Assembly: GCA_963705915.1 (NCBI GenBank)
Contig: OY970126.1
Span: forward strand, 623,893 to 687,892
Reading direction: 5' to 3'
Source of the DNA: an uncultured bacterium
Lineage (GTDB): Bacteria > Patescibacteriota > Minisyncoccia > UBA6257 > 2-01-FULL-56-20
Length of the DNA stretch: 64,000 nucleotides
The position numbers and the translations under genes are program-made. The notes below the pieces were generated by a model. That model saw only the letters and a list, made by a program, of their open reading frames with translations, was not told the DNA's origin and did not search any database. Below, one piece after another: positions 18,985 through 28,926 of the stretch (its first letter is position 1; the number at the start of each line of letters is the position of its first letter).

Positions 18985-19590
18985 CTAGAGAAACCCCAAA
19001 ACCGCACAAAGTCTGACGACCGGAATGGTAAGCAGCGATCCCACCAATCCGACTGCGTACATCTTCCCTGAAATTTCCCAATTCAATCCCATGTTTCGGA
19101 AGAAGAGAAGGCTCAAGCTGAGTTGTGTGCACGTCACCAGATAGATCATCAGGTTTACGCGCATTGAACGGTTCGGCCAAAGTTCCGTCACTTGAGGAGC
19201 GAGCGTGGAACTGCTCGGCGTAATAATCGACGCCCCAAGCGCTCCAGCGACGCCGTACTTCCCAGCAACCATAGTCTCGATCTGAGATTTATAATACTTC
19301 GTTATCGCCGCACTCGCTCCCATCACAAGAAAAAGTGCGATGATAGTCGGCAGGAATTTTGAGGTTGTCGCGAGGGCGTTGTCGAACCCCAATCGCAATG
19401 CATGTAGGCCATCGGTCAAGAAAAGACCGACTGCCATCAACGCAAGAACGACCAGCAAAGGCGTTACCTGATAAAAGAGTTTACTGGCGTCGACGTTTTT
19501 CTGTGTCCGGTATAGACCGGTCATAAAAATAATCGTCCCCAGAACGATCAGCAGATAATTCGTTTTCATGCGCATCCTCACTTTTCCCAC
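18985..19590 (-). CDS. Hypothetical polytopic membrane protein
   Basis: About six hydrophobic helices; a start at MRMKTNY or MKTNY is possible. Confidence 0.5.
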   Translation of the reverse strand: MGKVRMRMKTNYLLIVLGTIIFMTGLYRTQKNVDASKLFYQVTPLLVVLALMAVGLFLTDGLHALRLGFDNALATTSKFLPTIIALFLVMGASAAITKYYKSQIETMVAGKYGVAGALGASIITPSSSTLAPQVTELWPNRSMRVNLMIYLVTCTQLSLSLLFFRNMGLNWEISGKMYAVGLVGSLLTIPVVRLCAVLGFL

Positions 19591-19660
19591 GAGATTTAGA
19601 TTTTAATAGCTAGTAATATTATAACTCTTAAATAGATAAGTGTCAAGCTTGGCTCGGTTT

Positions 19661-19690
19661 GAAATAAAAGGGCGCTCTTTCGAACGCCCG
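19661..19690 (-). terminator. Rho-independent terminator on the minus strand (GGGCG...CGCCC with a U-run)
   Basis: Hairpin plus a plus-strand A-run directly downstream of the 19698..20300 gene. Confidence 0.5.
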
Positions 19691-19697
19691 ATCGTCC

Positions 19698-20300
19698 CTA
19701 GGACGCATCTCTCCATCTTTCGGCCACAGCCTTAGCCCGCGGCGGCAAACCATAGTCCCATTCTCTCCAGAATGGTTCCTTATTCCCTCGGGGCGCGCCA
19801 TGAAAGCAAGCCCAAAAGGTTCCGCCGTTATCTTTCACAAAAATCGACATAGGTCCGCCGCACATATCGCAGACCGGTCGATGCCGAATTTTCCACTGGG
19901 CGATCCACGCGCGCCTGGTCAAAGTGTCCACAAAATTCTTCGTTCGGTGCGAGGATCGAGCTAAATATTCCACCTTATCCTGCAAGTCTGTAACAACCAC
20001 CCGGCCGGCGTCTTCACTCGGAGGTCGACCTACAATGATATCTTGCGAGAAGAGCGATGCCTTGCGACATTGCACAATCTCACGGCGAAGGCAGCTCGTC
20101 CAAACTTTAATGGCGTAGCCGTTTTCCTCGTACTTAAAGCCGACTTCACCACGGAGAAAGAACCCCCTGAGAGATACGAGGCCGCGTATGCTGGTGAAGT
20201 TGCAGGTCTCGTATGCAGAAATCTCTTCGAATCCTAGCGACTTCAACCTTTGCTCGATGGTCAGAAAATCGCTGTAAGTAACGAGAATCGCTTCAGGCAT
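19698..20300 (-). CDS. Hypothetical protein with a zinc-ribbon-like CxxC...C motif
   Basis: 200-aa ORF; CDMCGGPM...WAC cysteine cluster. Confidence 0.45.
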   Translation of the reverse strand: MPEAILVTYSDFLTIEQRLKSLGFEEISAYETCNFTSIRGLVSLRGFFLRGEVGFKYEENGYAIKVWTSCLRREIVQCRKASLFSQDIIVGRPPSEDAGRVVVTDLQDKVEYLARSSHRTKNFVDTLTRRAWIAQWKIRHRPVCDMCGGPMSIFVKDNGGTFWACFHGAPRGNKEPFWREWDYGLPPRAKAVAERWRDAS

Positions 20301-20371
20301 CCAGAGCCTCCTGTCATTGAATTGGTTTAGAACTGCCTACCTTTATACTACAACCGAGCCATAAAAACAAG

Positions 20372-20403
20372 ATAAAAAAAGGCCCATCGCAAGCGACGGG
20401 CCG
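20372..20403 (-). terminator. Rho-independent terminator downstream of tyrS (GGCCC-loop-GGGCC plus a U-run on the minus strand)
   Basis: Hairpin plus a plus-strand A-run at 20374-20380. Confidence 0.55.
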
Positions 20404-20560
20404 AGCCAGGAAGAATGAATCTACGAGAAACAATAGAAATATTATTTCGGTACCGCTCAAATTGAGCAGTTAAACTACTTATGAAGTTGTTCGTGTTCTG
20501 ATATAACTATACCAACTGAGCATCAGCGTGCAACGCGGTGCTGTGGATAACTTCTTTTGC

Positions 20561-21745
20561 TTAGATCTTCACCCGATAAAACCGCTTTTTCCCAATTTTT
20601 ACGACATCCCCATTTTTAAGCGAAACGCTTGCCGTGGGATTCCTCTCGGTTTTCCCGTTCACATCGAATGCTCCCTGCTCAATGAGGCGACGCGCTTCGC
20701 TTTTGCTCGCGGCTCCTGCCGCAAGAACGATGTCGAGCGCGGACACTGTCCCCTTCTTAAACATCAAATCAGGGATATCGCTTGGGATTTCTTTTTTTGA
20801 AAACAGTTTTTCAAAATGTTCCTTGGCTTCCCGCGCAGCGCTTGCACCGTGATATAACGTTACGACCTCGAGCCCGAGCCGTTCCTTTTGGACTTTTGGA
20901 TTCTTCTCTTTCTTGATCGCCTTGATCTCTTCTTCTGAAAGATCGGTGGCAAGGTTTAAATATTTTTCGATAAGGGCATCCGGGATGGACATTATCTTGC
21001 CAAACATATCGTCTGGCGCGTCATCGAGCGATATATAGTTGCCAACGCTTTTGCTCATCTTTTTCACGCCATCCAGGCCTTCGAGAAGCGGCAACGTCAT
21101 CACGTCCTGCTCAGGAATACCGAAATGTCGCTGAATACGACGACCCATGAGCAGATTGAATTTCTGATCGGTGCCGCCAAGTTCAAGGTCAGCCTTCACC
21201 TTCACGGAGTCGTAGCCCTGGAATAAAGGATATAAGAGTTCAAGGAATGTAATATCGAGGCCGGCATCGATTCGCTTTTTGAAATCGGCTCGGCGAAGAA
21301 TTTGCTGGAAGGACGTTGCGCCGGCGAGCTTCACGAATTCTTCGATCCCCTCTTTGTCGAACCACTGGCTGTTGTAGGCGACTTCCACTTTCTTGATATT
21401 CAAAATTTTTCCGGCTTGATCAAGATAGTGTTTCATATTATTCTTGATCTCCTTTTCCGTGAGGGGCTTACGCGCTTCGGTGCGGCCTGAAGGATCGCCG
21501 ATGCGACCGGTGAAGTCACCAACAATGAGCACAATGGTGTGTCCGGCTTTTTGAAAATCGCGGAGTTTGCGGAGTGCGATTGCGTGGCCCAAATGAAGAT
21601 CGGGCGACGTCGGATCGATGCCTAATTTTATCCGCAATTTTTTCCCCGACGCGAGCGCTGCGCGAAGATGTTCTTCCTCGATAATCTCTTCGACGTTCCT
21701 CGTGAGAAGGTCACTCACATTTTCTTGTTTGCTTGCCATTAGCAT
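20561..21745 (-). CDS. tyrS: Tyrosine--tRNA ligase
   Basis: HIGH-type motif DLHLGH, KMSKS motif, C-terminal S4-like domain; start set at MLMASKQ. Confidence 0.9.
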   Translation of the reverse strand: MLMASKQENVSDLLTRNVEEIIEEEHLRAALASGKKLRIKLGIDPTSPDLHLGHAIALRKLRDFQKAGHTIVLIVGDFTGRIGDPSGRTEARKPLTEKEIKNNMKHYLDQAGKILNIKKVEVAYNSQWFDKEGIEEFVKLAGATSFQQILRRADFKKRIDAGLDITFLELLYPLFQGYDSVKVKADLELGGTDQKFNLLMGRRIQRHFGIPEQDVMTLPLLEGLDGVKKMSKSVGNYISLDDAPDDMFGKIMSIPDALIEKYLNLATDLSEEEIKAIKKEKNPKVQKERLGLEVVTLYHGASAAREAKEHFEKLFSKKEIPSDIPDLMFKKGTVSALDIVLAAGAASKSEARRLIEQGAFDVNGKTERNPTASVSLKNGDVVKIGKKRFYRVKI

Positions 21746-21839
21746 GATTTTAGCACGAAGCCGCTTTGTGCACATTTTCCAAAAAGGATGCTGGCGTTAT
21801 GATGAAAGAAGATCGACTACTTCAACGCAAGGAGGGGCT

Positions 21840-22163
21840 ATGGTAACGGAACTCACCGTCGTTCATGAACCGACAGAGAAGCAGACGAACAGCACGGAAG
21901 ATTCCTTTGGACCTCTGAGCAACGGGGAGATTGTTATGGTGACCGAGATCAAGGGTCTCGACCAAGATCCATACGATCCTTTTCGAGCGTTTCTTGCATG
22001 TCCAGGATGCGGGGTCGTTGGAATCGTAAGCCAAAGACAGCTCCTGGGGCTCATCCCCGTCACGTGCTGCGGTAAAGAATGTTCGACCCAGTTTGTCATT
22101 CACAAATCCCGCGCCTTCCCCTTGGAATCGTTCATTAGCATCTCACCCCTTCCCGTCTTTTGA
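21840..22163 (+). CDS. Small Cys-rich hypothetical protein (107 aa)
   Basis: RBS AAGGAGGG precedes the ATG; motif CPGCG...CCGKEC; the longer track ORF overlaps tyrS. Confidence 0.4.
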   Translation: MVTELTVVHEPTEKQTNSTEDSFGPLSNGEIVMVTEIKGLDQDPYDPFRAFLACPGCGVVGIVSQRQLLGLIPVTCCGKECSTQFVIHKSRAFPLESFISISPLPVF

Positions 22164-22213
22164 CGATCGAACATTAAAAGCCCCGACATGTGCCGGGGCT
22201 TCCTTTTATCGAT

Positions 22214-22816
22214 TTATAAAGGCTTTTTTATGATTTCGTCCACAACGCCATAGGCTTTCGCCTCATCGGCTGAGAGCCAGAAGTCGCGCTCGGTGTCGCG
22301 CTCGATTTTTGCGAGTGTTTGTCCCGTATGCTTTGCAAGAATCTGATTCATCCGTTGCTTTGTCTTCAAGATTTGGCGCGCAGAGATTTCGATTTCCGTC
22401 GCCTGGCCACCGATCGATTCCACGGCAACCTGGTGGAGAAGAATTTCTGCGTTCGGAAGTGCAAACCGTTTACCTTTTTTGCCGGAGGCAAGAAGGAATG
22501 CACCCATCGAAGCGGCGACGCCGATCGAAACGGTCGAAACGTCTGCCTTCACGAATTGCATCGTGTCATAGATCGCCATACCGGCCGTGACCGAGCCGCC
22601 TGGGCTGTTAATATAGAGGCGGATGTCTTTTTTCTGATCCTCATGGTCGAGGAACAAAAGCTGGGCGATGACTGTGTTTGCCACGCCATCGTTTACCGGA
22701 CCGCCGAGAAAGATAATGCGCTCTTTGAGAAGGCGCGAATAGATGTCATACGCGCGTTCGCCGTATTGTGATTTCTCGATGACCGTTGGTATTAAGTATT
22801 GGTTTTCGTAGTCCAT
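22214..22816 (-). CDS. clpP: ATP-dependent Clp protease proteolytic subunit
   Basis: ...[20 protein letters not shown]...[12 protein letters not shown]... ClpP active-site serine context. Confidence 0.9.
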   Translation of the reverse strand: MDYENQYLIPTVIEKSQYGERAYDIYSRLLKERIIFLGGPVNDGVANTVIAQLLFLDHEDQKKDIRLYINSPGGSVTAGMAIYDTMQFVKADVSTVSIGVAASMGAFLLASGKKGKRFALPNAEILLHQVAVESIGGQATEIEISARQILKTKQRMNQILAKHTGQTLAKIERDTERDFWLSADEAKAYGVVDEIIKKPL

Positions 22817-22847
22817 TGGTTTTTATTTTTATTTAATGAAATCTTAC

Positions 22848-23393
22848 TTATTCTTCCTTTGCATAGACCGCCTGAGCTTTCTTAATTTCAGCGTGGGCGG
22901 CATCGATGCCATCCCATCCTTGAATCTCAACTTTTTTACCTTGAAGGTCTTTGTACGTTGCAAAAAAATGTGCAACCTCTTTTAAAAGATGTGGTTCAAA
23001 ATTTTCAATATCCTTGATGTTCTTTATTTTTTCGAACCGCGGATTTTTTTCCTGCACCGCAAGAATTTTCGCATCCGGTTCGCCTGAGTCGATCATCTTG
23101 AGCATGCCGATCGGCCGCACCGAAACAACGCACCCAACGGGCAACGGACTGCTGCCGATGACAAGTGCGTCGAGATGGTCACCGTCTTCCGAACGCGTTT
23201 GCGGAATGAAGCCGTAATCAAGCGGGTAGAAAAACGGTGAGTAGAGAACTCGATCGAGTTTGATCACGCCGAGCTTCTCATCAAACTCATACTTATTGTT
23301 GCTCCCCTTGGGAATCTCAACCACAACGTTTATCACATCCGGCGACTTGTCGCCCAACGGAATATTTTCCCAAATGCTGGTTGTTTTGCTCAT
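22848..23393 (-). CDS. ppa: Inorganic pyrophosphatase
   Basis: Family I PPase pattern (EIPKGS.NKYE...DGD.LD.LV). Confidence 0.85.
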   Translation of the reverse strand: MSKTTSIWENIPLGDKSPDVINVVVEIPKGSNNKYEFDEKLGVIKLDRVLYSPFFYPLDYGFIPQTRSEDGDHLDALVIGSSPLPVGCVVSVRPIGMLKMIDSGEPDAKILAVQEKNPRFEKIKNIKDIENFEPHLLKEVAHFFATYKDLQGKKVEIQGWDGIDAAHAEIKKAQAVYAKEE

Positions 23394-23456
23394 AGGTATT
23401 TTTCGTTATTTTGCTCTTATGTATACGCCTTTATCGACATAATAGTTCTCTGATTG

Positions 23457-24767
23457 CTAGAACGCAACGTCTTCGTGCCCTTCTTCTTCCGGTGCCGCAA
23501 TCTGGTCATTCGCGCCGTCGTCATCGACAAGACCGGCAACGCCGCCTTCCTGCACTTCGTCTGGCGCGGTCTGCGAACGGACATCGATCTTCCAACCGGT
23601 GAGCTTCGCGGCGAGACGGACGTTTTGTCCACCCTTGCCGATTGCCAAGCTCAACTGATTTTCAGGAACAAACGCGCGAGCTTCACGACGTGGCAGGATT
23701 TCAACTTTTTCAACCTTTGCCGGTGAGAGGGCGTTCGCAATAAATTTTTCGGGGTCTTCCGACCATTCGGCGATATCAATTTTTTCGTTGCCGAGTTCGT
23801 TATTCACGGCCATCACACGAGTTCCACGCTGGCCCACGAGTGCGCCAACCGGATCAACACCGTCGACCTTCGACGATGCAGCAACCTTCGTACGATTGCC
23901 CGGTTCTCGCGCAATCGATTTGATCTCGATGGAATCTTCGGCGAGTTCCGGCACTTCCATGCGGAAAAGTTCGGTAACAAATTTCGGATGTGAACGAGAA
24001 AGAATGATGCCTGGCAAGCGCGTATCCTCTTGCACCGCGAGCACGAGGAAGCGAAGCCGCTCACCGGTGCGATAGTGTTCGCCTGGAATCGATTCGTTTG
24101 CGAACATCACACCAATCGTGCGGCCGAGATCGATGAAAATATTTCCTCGCTCAAAGCGCTGCACAACGCCGCTCACAATCTGCCCTTCCCTGCCGCGCCA
24201 TTCATTCAATATAGAATCGCGTTCGGACTCGCGAAGCTTTTGGAGAATTACCTGCTTTGCGGTTTGCGCTGCAATGCGTCCAAAGTCTTCGTGCGTTTCG
24301 AGCGGAAATGAAAGTTCATCGCCGAGCTCAGCGCCTTTCTTTATTTTCTTTGCTTCTTCGAGCGTGATGTCGCGCTCCGGATTGAATCGCGGGAGTTTAT
24401 GTTCGTCGTTTTCCGCTTCTGCAACAGCCGTTGCCGTCGCGACCGGCTTTGTGTGTTTGCCACGATCGTGCTTCCCTGCCGCAGCGGCTTGCCGCTCAGC
24501 TTCTTCGCGTTCAGCTTCAGCTTGAAGTTCGGCTTCGTCAACAAAACGAACCGTCGTTTCATCAACAACTTTTTTGATCTGCCAGAATTTCAGCTCGCCA
24601 GTCTTCTGATCAACGTTGCACTTCACCACCTCCCCCCTTTCGCCATATTCTTTTTTGTATGCAGCGGCGATCGATGATTCGATCACTTCTAAAACTTTAT
24701 CCGGCTCAAGGCCTTTCTCTTCAGCAACTTGCTTGAGCGCTTTTGTGAGTTCTTTTATGTTTAACAT
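23457..24767 (-). CDS. nusA: Transcription termination/antitermination factor NusA
   Basis: N-terminal domain, S1 domain (GQIVSGVVQRFERGNIFIDLG) and two KH domains (GQRGTRV..., GKGGQNVRLAAKLTGWKIDV). Confidence 0.9.
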   Translation of the reverse strand: MLNIKELTKALKQVAEEKGLEPDKVLEVIESSIAAAYKKEYGERGEVVKCNVDQKTGELKFWQIKKVVDETTVRFVDEAELQAEAEREEAERQAAAAGKHDRGKHTKPVATATAVAEAENDEHKLPRFNPERDITLEEAKKIKKGAELGDELSFPLETHEDFGRIAAQTAKQVILQKLRESERDSILNEWRGREGQIVSGVVQRFERGNIFIDLGRTIGVMFANESIPGEHYRTGERLRFLVLAVQEDTRLPGIILSRSHPKFVTELFRMEVPELAEDSIEIKSIAREPGNRTKVAASSKVDGVDPVGALVGQRGTRVMAVNNELGNEKIDIAEWSEDPEKFIANALSPAKVEKVEILPRREARAFVPENQLSLAIGKGGQNVRLAAKLTGWKIDVRSQTAPDEVQEGGVAGLVDDDGANDQIAAPEEEGHEDVAF

Positions 24768-24869
24768 TTTTTATGAAATTGTTATTAAGTTTTTATTAAA
24801 TTTTCGACTTCTTGTCCCCGTTTTGGTTTCTGCCACCACGACTTTTTTGCCGCTGCAGCTCCACTTAAA

Positions 24870-24893
24870 CGAAAAACCGCTCAGGAAGCGGCT
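24870..24893 (-). terminator. Rho-independent terminator downstream of yraN (CCGCT-TCCTG-AGCGG plus a U-run on the minus strand)
   Basis: Hairpin plus a plus-strand A-run at 24872-24876. Confidence 0.5.
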
Positions 24894-24951
24894 TAAACTC
24901 CAGTATATGTCATTGTTTATTGCGATGTCAAATGTTTATCAGGCGTGTTTA

Positions 24952-25341
24952 TCAGGCGCAATTTTCATAGTGTTTGATCCGGCGGATTATTGTTTCATTA
25001 CTCGAAAGTACTATCGCGAGAAGATCAATGCGCCATCCTTTGTCTTCGCGAATCAGATCTTGATTTTTCGCAGCAAAAAATTGAGCCACTCGCCTCATCT
25101 TTCTCAGCTTGTGCGCCGTTGCATTATCCTCCGGCGCGATCCAGTCGAATGGATTGCCCATCTCTCTTATCGTCTTCACCTCGCAGAAAACGAGCGTCCC
25201 CTCTTTTGATTTAGCAATCACATCGATCTCGCCAAATTTTCTCTTATAATTTCTATCCACAATTTTATAGCCTTTTTTAACAAGATATCCACAAGCTATC
25301 TTTTCGCCCAGTTTCCCAATCTTTTCATTGTTATTAAACAT
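24952..25341 (-). CDS. yraN: YraN-family (UPF0102) endonuclease
   Basis: ...GEKIACGYLVKKGYKIVDRNYKRKFGEIDVIA...LVFCEVKTIR... typical of YraN. Confidence 0.8.
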   Translation of the reverse strand: MFNNNEKIGKLGEKIACGYLVKKGYKIVDRNYKRKFGEIDVIAKSKEGTLVFCEVKTIREMGNPFDWIAPEDNATAHKLRKMRRVAQFFAAKNQDLIREDKGWRIDLLAIVLSSNETIIRRIKHYENCA

Positions 25342-25359
25342 TGATAAACATTTTTAATT

Positions 25360-25570
25360 TGTTTAGCGGATTACATGATTTACAATTTCTTATTAATTTA
25401 TAAAATCTCATTTACAATCCTGTTTAGCGCTTTACACGATTTATAATTATTTATTGATTTACAACAATGTTTAGCGCGACACATCAATTAAAATTCAAAT
25501 CATAAGAAATTGAGCTATTATGAGATATTATTGGTACTCGAATTTTAAATGATGTAAAGCGATAAACATT
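25360..25570. repeat. Array of three direct copies and one inverted copy of a 20-27 nt motif, TGTTTAGCG(N)TTTACA(Y)GATTTA(Y)AAT
   Basis: Copies at 25360-25386, 25421-25447 and 25468-25490; inverted copy at 25551-25570. A related tandem TGTTTATCAGGCG x2 sits at 24933-24958. Confidence 0.7.
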
Positions 25571-25600
25571 CCGGCAAACATTTTTTAATCTTTCTTTAAT

Positions 25601-25684
25601 CTTTGCCGCTTTGCCGGATTATTTTGCCGGATTTCACGCGGATTTGAATCCGGCAAAATTTAATGAAATTTTTATTGCCGGATT
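25601..25684. repeat. Cluster of 10-bp TTGCCGGATT repeats (three direct, one inverted, plus partial copies)
   Basis: Direct copies at 25611-25620, 25624-25633 and 25675-25684; inverted copy at 25647-25656; partials at 25571-25578 and 25601-25608. Confidence 0.7.
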
Positions 25685-25745
25685 CTGAGTCATCATTTCC
25701 CACTTTAGATTGACTCCTAAGGACTAACCGCGTATCGTTGTCATT

Positions 25746-26078
25746 ATGACTCCTGACACATTAAAAGAATATAAAAATAAACTTGAGAAAGAACGGGCGC
25801 TTTTAAATCAAGAAATTAAGCGAACCGAGAAGCCTGTCGACCTCGGCATTGATGTTCCTCGTTTCGAAGAAGAATCTGATGCTTCTGAAGAAGTTGGGAA
25901 CCAAATGGCAATCGCTGACGATCTCAAAGTCCGACTTGAAGATATTGAAGACGCCCTCCAAAAGATTTCAAATGGCACCTATGGAATTTGCGAGAAGTGT
26001 GATCGCCCAATCGAAAAAGAAATTTTGGATATAGACCCAGAATCTCGCTTTTGCAAGAAAGATAAAGCGAATAAATAA
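25746..26078 (+). CDS. DksA/TraR-family C4-type zinc-finger protein
   Basis: Coiled-coil N-terminus and C-terminal ...GTYGICEKCDRPIEKEIL...C..C zinc finger. Confidence 0.8.
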   Translation: MTPDTLKEYKNKLEKERALLNQEIKRTEKPVDLGIDVPRFEEESDASEEVGNQMAIADDLKVRLEDIEDALQKISNGTYGICEKCDRPIEKEILDIDPESRFCKKDKANK

Positions 26079-26102
26079 TATTTAATGAGAATTTAATGCC
26101 TC

Positions 26103-27662
26103 TTGTGGTATTCCTTAGGAATGCCAAAAAATCCTGCACGTCTTTATTCGGCTGAACTTGAAGGTATTGAGGCGAAAATTATAGAAGTCGAGGCGGATAT
26201 TAACGTTGGCCTTCATGATTTTTCTATTGTTGGCCTCGGTGATCGATCGCTTACCGAAGCCAAAGAACGCGTTAATTCGGCATTAAAAAATTGCGGTGTA
26301 AAACCTCCGAATCGAGAAAATCGAAGAATAACCATAAATCTGGCCCCGGCAGATATTAAAAAGACTGGCTCGCAATATGATTTAGCCATTGCCCTTGGAT
26401 ATTTAACGGCAACAGGGCAGATTAAAATATCAAATCCTGAAAAGGTTTTATTTCTTGGCGAATTAGCTTTGGACGGAAGACTTCGACCAATTGTCGGTGC
26501 GCTAAACATAGCCCAAAAAGCGGGCGAGCTAGGTTTTACTTATATTTTTCTGCCGAAGGCCAATGCAAATGAGGCTGTCTTGATTAAAAATATAAAAATA
26601 ATAGCCGTTGAAAGCCTACAAGAGGTGATAAACATTTTTGTTGGTCAAAGGGCTTTTTTGCCATATATTGCGAACGATAATGCGCTAAACAAAATAGCCG
26701 GTACTGATTTTTCGGAAATTAAGGGCCAAGACAATGCCAAACGGGCATTAATGATCGCGGCGGGCGGGGGACACAATGTGCTCTTGACCGGTCCGCCCGG
26801 CGTCGGCAAAAGTTTCCTCGCCCGAGCATTCGCCGGTATTTTGCCGAAGCTCACACCCGAAGAGGGAATCGAGGTGACGAAAATTTGGAGCGCTGCGGGA
26901 TTGCACCCGAATGGATTGATGAGCGACAGACCTTTTCGCGCTCCGCACCACACCATTTCAACCATGGCGCTCATCGGCGGCGGCGCGGATCCGAAACCGG
27001 GAGAAATAAGTTTGGCGCATCGCGGCGTTTTGTTTCTCGACGAGCTTCCAGAATTTCAGAAGGGGACCATCGAGGCGCTCCGTCAGCCGATCGAATCGGG
27101 ATTCGTGAACATTGCACGGACGAGAGATCGAGTCACGTTCCCTTCGAGATTTATTTTTATCGCAGCAATGAATCCATGTCCGTGCGGGTACTATGGCGAT
27201 GCCGAACGCGAATGTACGTGCACGGCATACGAAGTGATTAAATATCAGAAGAAAATTTCTGGGCCGTTGCTTGACCGGATCGATTTGTATGTTCGCATTG
27301 GCCGCGTGACTATCCAGGAATTGAGAAAAGATATCCAAAAAGATAGCGAGGCGGCCGAAACTACTTTGGTGAATGAAAAACTGCGAGCTGAGATCGAAAA
27401 AGTTCGCGGTGGACAACAGAGACGCTTTGGCGCGGCGAAAACAAATGCCGAAATGACCTCGCGCGAGGTCCATGCAACGATACGGATGACGTCAGGCGCA
27501 GAAAAGTTTGTGGACACTTTCGACAATGCCCGAATCTCGCCGCGAAGTTACTATCGATTATTAAAAGTGGCCCAGACCATTGCCGACTTGGAAGGAAGTG
27601 ATGTCACGAAAGAAGAACATCTCGCCGAAGCGTTCAGTTATCGCATCCGCGAATCCCAGTGA
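26103..27662 (+). CDS. comM: Mg-chelatase-like AAA+ protein YifB/ComM
   Basis: Lon-like N-terminal domain, Walker A LLTGPPGVGKS, ...LFLDELPEF..., ...VAAMNPCPCG...; start may be 26121. Confidence 0.9.
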   Translation: MWYSLGMPKNPARLYSAELEGIEAKIIEVEADINVGLHDFSIVGLGDRSLTEAKERVNSALKNCGVKPPNRENRRITINLAPADIKKTGSQYDLAIALGYLTATGQIKISNPEKVLFLGELALDGRLRPIVGALNIAQKAGELGFTYIFLPKANANEAVLIKNIKIIAVESLQEVINIFVGQRAFLPYIANDNALNKIAGTDFSEIKGQDNAKRALMIAAGGGHNVLLTGPPGVGKSFLARAFAGILPKLTPEEGIEVTKIWSAAGLHPNGLMSDRPFRAPHHTISTMALIGGGADPKPGEISLAHRGVLFLDELPEFQKGTIEALRQPIESGFVNIARTRDRVTFPSRFIFIAAMNPCPCGYYGDAERECTCTAYEVIKYQKKISGPLLDRIDLYVRIGRVTIQELRKDIQKDSEAAETTLVNEKLRAEIEKVRGGQQRRFGAAKTNAEMTSREVHATIRMTSGAEKFVDTFDNARISPRSYYRLLKVAQTIADLEGSDVTKEEHLAEAFSYRIRESQ

Positions 27663-27735
27663 GTGAGTGGTCGCGCGAGCATGCGTGAACCACATGCTTC
27701 AAATGCAAAAGAATATGTCCGAGCCGCTTGTTCCT

Positions 27736-28926
27736 TTATGCCTTCGCAAACGGATTCTGTGCGCCAATCACTTCAAAGTGAACTTGGCAGCCGCTTGCGT
27801 CGCCGGTCTGGCCCATGAGGCCGATCTCTTGGCCTTGATTTACATAGTCTCCAGGCTGAACAAGTACTTGCTCAAGATGTGCATATCGCGTCTCAACGTT
27901 GTTGCCAAATGCATGCTCGATGAGGACAAAATTGCCGTAGCCACCGTTCCAACCTCCCGGCGCGTCGGAGATATTCGGATCGGGGATCACGACGCCAGCC
28001 GCAGCGGCGACAACCGGCGTACCGCACGAGTTCGCAATGTCAACGGCGTTGTTATCGTTAAGAATGCCCCAGTCGTATCCTTTAGCAGGCATAATGAAGT
28101 CGTTATTAAAATTTGGCAACGTGCTGCCGGTTTGTGTGGCGAGGGGATTCGTCGCAACGTCGGTCCCTCCTGGAATCACGATCGGCTGACCGGCAGAGAG
28201 TGTGCTAAAATTTACACCTTGGTTGAATTGCGTTATTTTATCTTGAGGAACTCCAAAAGCGCTCGCAATTGATGACAACGTGTCGCCAGCTTTCGCGCTA
28301 TAGATGACGCCGGACGTTGGGAGAATCTCCAGTGTCTGTCCGACCTGCAAGTTTGCCGCCTTCACGCCGGGGTTTGCGTCGAGAATAGTTTGGACTGAGA
28401 TACCGAAATAGGTAGCGATGCGCGAAAGGTTGTCTCCCGATTGCACCGTGTAGGAGATAAGTCCCGAACGATCGATGGCGGGGCCGATCGGCTGACCAGG
28501 ATCCTGCAGGGCGGCGTTGTCTAACATATCGTCCGAGGGTGTGGTTGCCGGCGATCCATTTTGAGCGTCGCTATTAACGTCCGACGTGAGAAGGGCGAGC
28601 CCCGGATCTTGCAAAGCGCCGGCACCGACGACGGCTGCAGCATCAAGCTCGGCGCCTTGAGCGGTTGGCACAAGTGAATTCGCCGTGGAAGCCGCAGCTT
28701 CGTCTGGGCCACTAAGAACTCCCTTTTCTACCGCGGTTCCGGTCTGAGGAAGATAGACGAAGCGGAATGTTAGGACCACCCCTACCAAAAAAGCGACCAC
28801 GGATAGTGGTTTATATTTACTCTTAAGATTTCCGACGATAATACTAATAGACTTATAGTAGCATAGATGACCCAAAACGATCAAAAAACTCAAAAAAGTG
28901 GCATTTTCCCTATGAATCCAGCCCAA
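27736..28926 (-). CDS. LysM-domain M23-family metallopeptidase (cell-wall hydrolase)
   Basis: N-terminal TM anchor, two LysM motifs (...GDNLSRIATYFGISVQTILDANP..., ...GDTLSSIASAFGV...), C-terminal M23 ...YAHLEQVLVQPGDYVNQGQEIGLMGQTG... Confidence 0.8.
   Translation of the reverse strand: MGWIHRENATFLSFLIVLGHLCYYKSISIIVGNLKSKYKPLSVVAFLVGVVLTFRFVYLPQTGTAVEKGVLSGPDEAAASTANSLVPTAQGAELDAAAVVGAGALQDPGLALLTSDVNSDAQNGSPATTPSDDMLDNAALQDPGQPIGPAIDRSGLISYTVQSGDNLSRIATYFGISVQTILDANPGVKAANLQVGQTLEILPTSGVIYSAKAGDTLSSIASAFGVPQDKITQFNQGVNFSTLSAGQPIVIPGGTDVATNPLATQTGSTLPNFNNDFIMPAKGYDWGILNDNNAVDIANSCGTPVVAAAAGVVIPDPNISDAPGGWNGGYGNFVLIEHAFGNNVETRYAHLEQVLVQPGDYVNQGQEIGLMGQTGDASGCQVHFEVIGAQNPFAKA

Noticed and set aside
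20536-20544. Isolated perfect DnaA box TGTGGATAA upstream of tyrS
   Set aside because: A single occurrence far from dnaA; most likely chance or a minor regulatory site, not an origin.
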